DNA of 63,848 nt, the filler included, from Salisapilia sapeloensis CBS 127946 (Eukaryota > Protista > Oomycota): the NCBI GenBank assembly GCA_023334545.1. It is 10 parts of 10 records of this genome, joined end to end, with 100 filler letters (N's around TTAATTAATTAA, not from the genome) between each part and the next. Parts side by side here need not be neighbours in the genome. Positions count along the whole stretch, not along the records: positions 49,416 to 57,191 come from JAADVB010000509.1; positions 57,292 to 60,076 come from JAADVB010000844.1; positions 60,177 to 61,319 come from JAADVB010001289.1; positions 61,420 to 62,599 come from JAADVB010001268.1; positions 62,700 to 63,848 come from JAADVB010001283.1; 5 more parts are not named here. One strand, 5' to 3'. This document shows, in pieces, positions 55,553 to 63,848 of the stretch; the first letter of the stretch is position 1; the number at the start of each line of letters is the position of its first letter. The position numbers and the translations under genes are program-made. The notes below the pieces were generated by a model, which was not told where the DNA came from, did not search any database, and was given only the letters and a program-made list of their open reading frames with translations.

Positions 55553-57073
55553 ATGCAGGACGTCCGAGCCATCGAGGAGGCTGTCGCGGCCAGTAGTGCG
55601 TACATTTCACAGCTGCAGTCATTCGTAGCGAAACTAGAGAGAGAAGAGGACCGATTGAGCACCGAGCTTCATTTGCTTCGACATCAAAAGTCGCTACAAA
55701 GTGTGAAGACGAGTGTCTCGGACACTCCAGAGCACAATTGGGCGGCTGCATGCGCTGTCCCAAAGCCATTGAAGCGTCTGCATGGCTCGGTCGTGGATTG
55801 CCGGTCGAATATTCGTCCGTACATGTCATTTTTCTCGGATGCTACGTTCTTACCACCTCCAGCATCGACCAAGAAGACTGGGCGACCTAGCAAGCAGGAT
55901 GAGCTGTTCGAGATGAGGCGGCGAGAGTTACTTCGAGACGAACCGACCCCAAACGAAGATACGATGGAGTTAAGGACGCATGCATCTTCTGCTTTTTTAG
56001 CCATTCCGTCTGCTACATTCACACAAAAGGAAAAGGAAGTAGTTCAGAACTATGGATTAGCCGAGATGGAGAAGAACGATGGTAACCCAGATATCCCAGT
56101 TGCTAAATGGCGAGAGCTGTTAAGTAGTACAAAAAAGTTGAATGCTCGATCTGCTTTTGAATGCAAAATCTATTGGGAGGTGCACGGTAACCCACATCTT
56201 CGCCGGGAAAAGTGGACGAAAGAAGAGGATGAGGCGCTACAACAAATGGCGAGCGGAATAGAAGGAAGTGAGCTCGTGAACCACTGGCGAGATATTGCTG
56301 CTCGTATGCCTATAGAAGGACGTAGCCCTGTGCAATGTCTCATTCGCTACCAAACGAAGCTTCATCCACCTTCTACCTCTTCTTCCTTCACGCCGGAAGA
56401 GAACAAGAAGATCTTGGATGCTGTGAGTGTCCACGGAGAGAAGTGGGCTATGATCGCAAATATGCTAGAGAATCGCACACCAGAGAACGTCCGTGCGAAC
56501 TGGTTCAATACACTCAGTCCGGACATTCGACAGGGCCATTGCTCCATCATCGAAGACCGTCGCCTGCTGTTGGCAATTGCAGCTTACTACAAAAGCTGTT
56601 CCTGCGCTTCATGCACTGCAACTCCGTTTTCGAGAGAACATATCGATTGGAAATGGATTGGAAATCACGTGCCTGGACGTGGACAGCCATTCATGAAAGA
56701 GCGATTCGATCATTCTTTGTGTCCAGAAACATCCTTCCGGAAGTGGACAGATGAGGAAGATCGAAAGTTACTGGAAAGTGTCGAGCGAATTGGATTGGAG
56801 ACGACTTATGTCTGGTCCAAAGTGGCCAAGGAGATACCCAACCGTAGTGGCAGTCAAATTGCAAAACGATGGAGAGAGCTACGACCAAAGCAAAATAAGA
56901 AGCGAAAGCGTCAAAATGAACAACAGAAGGAACAGAAGAAACAGAAAAAATCGAGAGCAACGGTTGATGAAGATATCGACGAGGTGGAAGCTACTTTACA
57001 TACTCCTGACGAAGTCGAATTCCACACGCCACCGGATGAAGCAAAACCGATTAAGTTAGATCGCAAATTTTAG
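55553..57073 (+). CDS. SNAPC4: Multi-Myb-repeat protein, probably snRNA-activating complex subunit SNAP190
   Basis: About 4.5 Myb repeats (RSAFECKIYW; KWTKEEDEAL...RSPVQCLIRYQ; FTPEENKKIL...W; KWTDEEDRKLL...WSKVAKEIPNRSGSQIAKRW) preceded by an N-terminal coiled coil. Confidence 0.7.
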   Translation: MQDVRAIEEAVAASSAYISQLQSFVAKLEREEDRLSTELHLLRHQKSLQSVKTSVSDTPEHNWAAACAVPKPLKRLHGSVVDCRSNIRPYMSFFSDATFLPPPASTKKTGRPSKQDELFEMRRRELLRDEPTPNEDTMELRTHASSAFLAIPSATFTQKEKEVVQNYGLAEMEKNDGNPDIPVAKWRELLSSTKKLNARSAFECKIYWEVHGNPHLRREKWTKEEDEALQQMASGIEGSELVNHWRDIAARMPIEGRSPVQCLIRYQTKLHPPSTSSSFTPEENKKILDAVSVHGEKWAMIANMLENRTPENVRANWFNTLSPDIRQGHCSIIEDRRLLLAIAAYYKSCSCASCTATPFSREHIDWKWIGNHVPGRGQPFMKERFDHSLCPETSFRKWTDEEDRKLLESVERIGLETTYVWSKVAKEIPNRSGSQIAKRWRELRPKQNKKRKRQNEQQKEQKKQKKSRATVDEDIDEVEATLHTPDEVEFHTPPDEAKPIKLDRKF

Positions 57074-57191
57074 TGTAGGATGCGAATTTGATGCATCGAG
57101 ATTAGGTAGAGGAAATGTAATCTGGAATCTGAACTTGGATTGATGGTCGTCGGCCGTTTCAAAAGCTAATTGCAGACAGCGTGTCCTCTTC
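57051..57191. repeat. Right copy of the 141-bp inverted repeat; includes the last 7 codons and stop of the SNAPC4-like gene
   Basis: Exact reverse complement of 49416-49556. Confidence 0.95.
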
Positions 57192-57304
57192 NNNNNNNNN
57201 NNNNNNNNNNNNNNNNNNNNNNNNNNNNNNNNNNNTTAATTAATTAANNNNNNNNNNNNNNNNNNNNNNNNNNNNNNNNNNNNNNNNNNNNCCACTTGTC
57301 ATCG

Positions 57305-59209
57305 TTACTTGCTTCTCTTGAGTCCGACCATGAGTCCGACAAAGCCTACTACACGAAACGCGAGGTTGAGGGCGAGCAGGATCATGGCCGAGGTGAAGAC
57401 AGAGCGCTCGTCGAGGCTGTAGTTGGCCAAGACGTCGTCGCCCGAGCGAGCGCTGCAGTTCTCGAGCTGCTCGTCGCACGGAATGGTGTCGACTTTGCTC
57501 CAAAAGATGGTCATGACGGCCTCGAAGGCGTACTTGATGGGTGACACGTACTCGATCCAGGCAAAGTAGTCGGGGCTGTCGTCCACGTTGATGAGCAGTC
57601 CACCGAAGACCATGAACGGCATGTTGAGCATGATGCCGACGATCATGACGATGTCCGCGCGTCGGACGATGCACGAGATCATGAGCCCGAGGGCAACGCC
57701 CGTACTATTCTGGGCAATGAGGATGAGCTGGAGAAGCAGCCACGTCTCGAACCCGTGACCAAGACCCATGAGGAAGTAGAGTGGCGTGAAGTAGACGATC
57801 GGGACGATGATCTCCATCGGGAGCTGGCTCACGTTCTTGGCCAAGTACCATGAGAAGGCGCGGTAGACGTTCGACTTGTACTCTCTCGTGATGATGCCGA
57901 GCTCGAGCGGTACGGACATCATCGTCGAGTTGGACGCCATGAACGTGATGTTCGTGACGGCGAAGAAGAGTCCGCCGACGATGTTCTGGATGCCCTTTTG
58001 GTCGATGTCGAGCTGGAGGTAGATGAGGCCGATAATGACGGACAGGTAGATGGCCTGGAAAATGTTCACTCGGAAGGCCATGCGGTCTCGCACGAGGCGC
58101 AGGACGTTGCGTCTCGCCAGCACACTCATTTCCTCCACGATGCCCAGACGAGTATCTTCGACAACTTCCTCACTCGCATTCGACGACGTGGACTGGGTCT
58201 CCGCCAGAGCTTGCCCACTCCCATAGGCGGCATCTCCGTTCGTTTGCCAAGCTCTCTTCAGCTTTTCGAGAGGAGGCTCTTCTGCCTTGTCTGCTTCATC
58301 GTGGTCAGCGGCAAGCAGACGCATGAAGTAGTCGGAAGGGTTCGTGTACGACGGGCACGGGTAGCCGAGCTGACCAAAGTAGCCGACGGCATCACTTGCT
58401 TTGCCATGGTAGATAGTCGCGCCGTCTGCCAGCAAGTAGAGTCTGTCGAAGAGCGTGTATAGTTCGGAGGAAGGCTGGTGGATGGTCGTGATGATCGTCC
58501 GTCCGTCCCGAGCGAGCTGCTGGAGCTGTTTCACGACGGTCTCGGCCATGTGGCTATCGAGACCAGAGGTCGGTTCATCGACGAAGAGTACCGACGGGTT
58601 CGTCAGGATCTCCGAGGCGAAGGACAGTCGCTTGCTTTCTCCACCAGAAATACCTCGCAGACTCGGACCTCCGATGAGCGTGTCCCGGCATTTGGTGAGC
58701 CCCAGCTCTTCGATGACCGTGTCCACACGCTGCGTATACGTTTCTTTGGAGTAGTGGCGCCCCATGCGCAGCTTGGCATGGAACAGGAGATGCTCTCGGA
58801 CGGTCAAGGTCTCGTAGAAGAGGTCGTTTTGCTGGACGTAGGCACTCATACGTGCGTTCTTCTTCGTCCACGGCATGCCGTTGATAGTAACAGTGCCAGT
58901 GACGCCCTTGTTCCTGCCGGAAATGCAGTCGATGAGCGAGCTCTTGCCTGCACCGGAAGGCCCCATGAGGACGAGCATCTCACCAGGATGTGCGACGCCA
59001 CTGACATCCGACAGGATGACCTTCTCCTCTTTCTTCTTGGTCTTGGGGTTTTTGACCGTGACTCTCAGATCGATGTGGCTCCAAGCGATGGTGGCTTCTG
59101 GCTGGCCAGCTCCGATACCGCCATGACTGTCCTTGGGTGTCTGTACTTCGATGAAGGTGCTTTGCGGCTGCTGATCCCGGGTGGACGGTGATAGCGCGGC
59201 TGATAACAT
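57305..59209 (-). CDS. Half-size ABCG (white-like) transporter
   Basis: Walker A GPSGAGKSS, signature ISGGESKR, Walker B VLFVDEPTSGLD, H-loop TIHQP, and a C-terminal ABC-2 TM domain. Confidence 0.95.
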   Translation of the reverse strand: MLSAALSPSTRDQQPQSTFIEVQTPKDSHGGIGAGQPEATIAWSHIDLRVTVKNPKTKKKEEKVILSDVSGVAHPGEMLVLMGPSGAGKSSLIDCISGRNKGVTGTVTINGMPWTKKNARMSAYVQQNDLFYETLTVREHLLFHAKLRMGRHYSKETYTQRVDTVIEELGLTKCRDTLIGGPSLRGISGGESKRLSFASEILTNPSVLFVDEPTSGLDSHMAETVVKQLQQLARDGRTIITTIHQPSSELYTLFDRLYLLADGATIYHGKASDAVGYFGQLGYPCPSYTNPSDYFMRLLAADHDEADKAEEPPLEKLKRAWQTNGDAAYGSGQALAETQSTSSNASEEVVEDTRLGIVEEMSVLARRNVLRLVRDRMAFRVNIFQAIYLSVIIGLIYLQLDIDQKGIQNIVGGLFFAVTNITFMASNSTMMSVPLELGIITREYKSNVYRAFSWYLAKNVSQLPMEIIVPIVYFTPLYFLMGLGHGFETWLLLQLILIAQNSTGVALGLMISCIVRRADIVMIVGIMLNMPFMVFGGLLINVDDSPDYFAWIEYVSPIKYAFEAVMTIFWSKVDTIPCDEQLENCSARSGDDVLANYSLDERSVFTSAMILLALNLAFRVVGFVGLMVGLKRSK

Positions 59210-60176
59210 TGTCACTAGCTGGAGGGATGGATTGCGGGACTAGTGAGGAAGGTGTCGAGTTGGATAATGAACTGGATGAGATCTCGACGATGAGCTTATA
59301 ACATACATTTTAGATACGTTTGTATCTCTTTGCTTCGCTCGAACCTTCAGTTCTATCTGTTTGCTACCACTTGCACCATCAACAATTTCAGAATAACTTC
59401 GATTGATTTCGCCCTTGCACTGCATCATCGCTGTCAACAAGACCAACATTCCGACTGACGATCTATCGTGCGCGGGTTCATTGCAACCGCATTATTTTCG
59501 TTGACAAGACTAATATTCGGAGGCACACTATGGAACACACAGTTTAAGATTCGATAGCAACATACGTACGCGCTCTCAAATGCAATGTACACGAGCAGAC
59601 ATCCATCTATAAGATACCATTTGAAAGGCTATGCAAAGCGCAAGTGGTAAGTCATTAGTACAAGTGTCTGCGCGACGACAAAGCGGGTAGAGTCGCATCG
59701 ACGAAATCTTTAAAAAGAGGTCATGCTCGAGCGCATTTAGACAGGCACATATAGCAACGCGGTTCATGTGACGTATCTGTGGTACGGACAGCTTCGGAAG
59801 ATTTCCATGGTCCAAATTTCCATTCCAGGCATCTCCTGTCGTATTCGTTATTGAAAACGGATATCGACGTTTCCAAATCCTCGTCCATTCGCCATCAAGG
59901 AGCAGCGATTTGATCACCGCACGCTCTGGAGCACGCATGCGACTAATCTCCAGGCTTCAACTCTGGAGACGTCAAGCTTACCACTCACCATCGTCGAAAT
60001 GATTCCGCCCACTGACGACGGGCTCCAAAGGCCAGCGTGTATTAAATTTAGACTTGATATATTTCGAAAGCTTTGCNNNNNNNNNNNNNNNNNNNNNNNN
60101 NNNNNNNNNNNNNNNNNNNNTTAATTAATTAANNNNNNNNNNNNNNNNNNNNNNNNNNNNNNNNNNNNNNNNNNNN

Positions 60177-61319
60177 CCACAAAGTCGACATGGTCTTTTT
60201 CGCATTCGAGACAGAAGACAGTAAGGAGCGTGATGCCATTTTTGAATGGATTGGCGATGAGGATTGGATCCAGAAAGCGACATTCACGGATGGATCGACA
60301 TTGATACATCGAGCGGTAGCCTTCCGAAACAGGGGTGCACTGGAGCGTATGCTCTCTTACGGCCTAGATCCCTATGAAAGTAGCAAAGATACTGATTTGG
60401 TGTCTATCTGGTATCAAGAAGTTTCGAAGATGTCCATGAACGAGATGGTATCTAGCTATGAAAGGCTACAAGAAGCTGCAGATGCCCTGAAGAATTCTGA
60501 GAGGAAGCGTACACTTACCCGAGCCATGCATGACCATAAAGTTGAAATGCTGTGCTGTGCATTTGGTACAAGAGAGGAAGACGAGAGGAACGCCATTATC
60601 GATTGGATCAACGACAAGAAATGGATTCAAACAGCCAAGTATGAGGGCGGACCGACGTTAATGCAGCGAGCTGTACACTCGCAAAATCTGAAGGCACTGG
60701 AACGCATGATATGTTACCGAGTCGAACCCGAGGAAAGCACTAACAACCATCAACTAGTCTCCGATTCAGATGAAGTGAAAACACTCAAGAGTGAAACTCG
60801 AGACAAGGTCATGGAGATTCTGAAGCTCCAGTACATAGAGCATCTCCATAAACTTGCCGAGAGTCAAGACATGTCCATAACAGATCGATCTGAACTGATA
60901 AACTCGATGCTTTTCTTCTCAACCTCCATGCACGACGTTAGCGTTGGCATGAATTTAGCCATTGAGCATCTTCAGTCCAAGAAGCTGAAGGATTTCATTC
61001 AAGAAGGGTTAGACATGGCAACATGCCGCTGCTTTGTCTACGAAAAGAGGGACCGAGACTTATTCATCAAGCTCATAGTACAGTTGGAAAAGCGATGTTT
61101 GCTTTCAGAAGAGGACAAGTGTAAATTTCTTTCAGAAGCAACCACAGTGAACACGGAGAACACGGACTGGGTGCGAGGCATGAAAGCTTCCATCCAAAAG
61201 CTCGATGAGCGTCTGACTAGTACGGAGAAGGGGCTAAAGACACTTCAGAACAGCTATACCGGTTTGGTAGCTGCTCTCCAAGAAAAGGATGAGCGGGACG
61301 CTGAGAACGAAAAGATCCG
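60177..61319 (+). CDS. Internal fragment of a hypothetical protein with a 119-aa-period repeat (ankyrin-like) and a C-terminal coiled coil
   Basis: Open across the whole contig. HKVDMVFFAF...W...TLIHRAV...ALERML...DPYES repeats as HKVEMLCCAF...W...TLMQRAV...ALERMI...EPEES. Confidence 0.7.
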
Positions 61320-62270
61320 NNNNNNNNNNNNNNNNNNNNNNNNNNNNNNNNNNNNNNNNNNNNTTAATTAATTAANNNNNNNNNNNNNNNNNNNNNNNNN
61401 NNNNNNNNNNNNNNNNNNNAAGAGAGTGCGGACGAAGTGCCATAGCATGACCCAGTCGATACTACCTTCCACGCTTTGGTATTTTCTATGTTAGTGAGAC
61501 CTTGCGTTGTTGCATCATCTTCTAGCCTGTCACTTTTGTAGCTGAACAATCCAGTGGAAAGAGACACTTGCGACTTGGCTCTAGTAATGGCTATATTAAA
61601 TCTATGGAAACAAAGGCCTAGAATTTAATACAGGTTTCACTTCTTACTATCCTCGCTCACTGCCATCCTTGAAAGTCATGAGAGTTCGTCAAACAAATTA
61701 GGCAGTACACGTCAAAGAGATTTTAAATCTCAGCTATAACTTTTGTATAAAAGATAGAAACAATTTCTTAGAAAGTAGTTGATAGAAGAAAGCAAACTTG
61801 ACCGACGAGAAGTATAGGCAATGTGCAAAGGATGCTCTTGTAGGTGCAGTCGCAAGTGAACCAAAAGGGTGGGCTGGATTCAGAAGAGTCCATATGGTTA
61901 AGTCGTGGGAGAATACACTTCGGATATGGCATGTATGCGTCGGTGCTTATGAATGGATGCAACTTGGCCATCTATCGCGCTGAAGACGATAATAAATGCG
62001 ATGCTTGTAAATTAGAATTTATGGGATACTCTTCGACTCTCTACGTAGGTCATGCTGATTTAAAAGTCTCGACTAAGCCAAATGGGTTGATTTCTTCGGA
62101 TTGTGCCGTTGTATCTCGTTGGCTCCAATTGGATATTCTCTGGATATATCTACTGCAGCGGTCTTGTCTCCTGCAAGTCCGTATTCAGTAACAGGCTCAT
62201 TTTTCATTTTGACCTTCCAAGCCCAAGTTTCCATTCGACGCAATATCGAGTCGTGCTACAAGGACTGCCA

Positions 62271-62599
62271 ATGTCTACGCTCGACAGTACAAGCGAGAAG
62301 CTGTGGGAGTACGCTGCTACAGGAGATATAGAAGGCGTTCGTAAGATGATTCATAAGGGTGGAGAAGTGAACAAGCAGAAGAAAAATGGCGACACTCCGC
62401 TTCATATCGCTGCTCAGATTGGACACGTGGATGTGGTGGAGGTGCTAGTACGCAATGGTGGAGACGTGGACAAGCAGAATAAAAATGGCTGGACTCCGCT
62501 TCATATGGCTGCTGCTAAGGGACATGTGGAGGTGGCGGAGGTGCTACTACGCAGTGGTGGAGATGTGAACAAGCAGGAGGAAGATGGCCGGACTCCGCT
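62271..62599 (+). CDS. 5' fragment of a canonical ankyrin-repeat protein (99-bp tandem units), cut by the contig end
   Basis: GDTPLHIAAQIGHVDVVEVLV, GWTPLHMAAAKGHVEVAEVLL, GRTP. Confidence 0.85.
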
Positions 62600-62699
62600 N
62601 NNNNNNNNNNNNNNNNNNNNNNNNNNNNNNNNNNNNNNNNNNNTTAATTAATTAANNNNNNNNNNNNNNNNNNNNNNNNNNNNNNNNNNNNNNNNNNNN

Positions 62700-63848
62700 A
62701 CGTTCTTACGCACAACAGGTAAGAGCTTCATGAGCTGCGCACGTGCCATCTCGGCCTGTGCCGTCGAAACATAGTCATGAGCTCGGAACTCATCCATGCG
62801 TTGTGTCATCATCCACAGACCAAAGAGGTTGGCTAGACTCGCCACAGCGTTACGCGTCGAACCTTCCGGTACCTTTTGCAGGCCTTCCACGAACGACTTG
62901 AGCAACATCAACTGCGTGTGGGCGATCGACGCGACGGTCATGAGCACCATGCACGACTGCATGTCTCCATTCGCAGCCTTCACTTGCTGTGCCAAGTGGA
63001 CGACACTGCGCGACGCCGCAACTTCAAATGCTTCCACGAGACGCTGGAGGTTGGTAAAGTCCTCAGCCTTTTGAGCTGGGAAGCGCATGTTGAGCTTGCT
63101 GTGCTTGTCAGCGTCCGCCAGGAAGCGTACAGTGCCACTCTGGGTGTCAAACTCCTTCTTGGATAGGACCTTGATGAGGTATCGTGCGTGCTGCTGCACC
63201 AGGACATCGAACGTGCCTTCGAACGTGTTGGCACCAACGCCTTCGTTGAAGATATGCGGCAGACCGCTGGACTGGAGGTAGCCGTGGCCACCGCACATGC
63301 GACGACAGGACTCGACGCCGTTGCTCACCGTCATGACCGTCCAGGCCTTGAGCCCAGACGAGACGGCGTGGAGCTCGGCGAGCATGCCTTCGAATTCGCC
63401 CTTGCCACTCGTGATGACTTCGAGAGCGTTGTCGTGCATCGTCTGCAAACTGTCGCCAGCGAAGAGTGCGGCGTATGAGAGACCAATGAGTGGGAAGAGG
63501 GCGAACTGCTGGTTCTGGTAGTCGAGGACCTGGAACTCTCCCTTCTCGCCATTCGGCTTACGTCCTTGGATACGAGCAGCACTGAAACGAGTGGTGATGG
63601 TCGTGGCCATCGACATGGCCCGCGCAAAGCCGGAGATGAGGCCGGATCGCACGGCAACCATCGTCAGGTACACGAGCTTGGAGCTCTTAGGCTTGACGAA
63701 CGTACCGTCCGGAAGGACCTTGGCGTATCGCATCATCATCTGGTCGCGAGGGATACGGACGTGGTCAAAGGAGCAGTAGCCATTGTCGATCGGGTTGAAG
63801 CCGACCTTGGGACCAATGTCGCCGACTTCGATGCCAGGAAGAGGCTGG
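62700..63848 (-). CDS. ACOX1: Peroxisomal acyl-CoA oxidase, internal fragment (both ends cut)
   Basis: GDIGPKVGFNPIDNGYCSFDHVRIPRDQMMMRY, VLDYQNQQ, ELHAVSSGLKA and ESCRRMCGGHGYLQSSG...EGTFDVL. Confidence 0.93.

Noticed and set aside
59576-59938. 120-aa minus-strand ORF upstream of the ABCG gene
   Set aside because: There is no recognisable motif and it is flanked by stop-rich sequence; it may be a TE relic but this is unsupported.

Overview
This is eukaryotic DNA, most likely from a zoosporic oomycete. Support: an oomycete Inr+FPR core promoter, oomycete-type START-FYVE, ankyrin, bZIP, MATE, ABCG and astacin families, flagellar DRC10, an intron-containing MinD with a mitochondrial-type presequence, and 50-60 nt GT-AG introns. 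The window is not contiguous. It holds 10 contigs joined by an artificial 100-nt spacer (N44-TTAATTAATTAA-N44): 1-3686, 3787-14961, 15062-16939, 17040-27800, 27901-49315, 49416-57191, 57292-60076, 60177-61319, 61420-62599 and 62700-63848. The large contigs are very gene-dense and carry housekeeping genes (DRC10, TTC1, SWI3/SMARCC, REV3, RPL18, RRP36, purple acid phosphatase, KLHDC4, MinD, RCC1-BTB, SAC3-family, SRRT, SNAPC4-like, ABCG, ACOX). Contigs 1-3 contain pseudogenes and LINE relics. Best leads: (1) a secreted astacin protease sits head-to-head with a 108-aa secreted protein that is a stand-alone homologue of the astacin's own Cys-rich pro-domain, a candidate protease/inhibitor or chaperone pair; (2) RPL18 intron 1 is about five times the usual intron length and holds a ~206-nt RNA structure closed by a 25-bp stem whose G-U pairs work only on the sense strand; (3) a cytosolic fusion of a 2OG-Fe(II) hydroxylase with a PAPS sulfotransferase; (4) two contigs whose ends are perfect inverted repeats of exactly 141 bp, a k=141 assembly signature, one of which continues as a diverged real repeat. 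All analysis was by eye; no database search was run.
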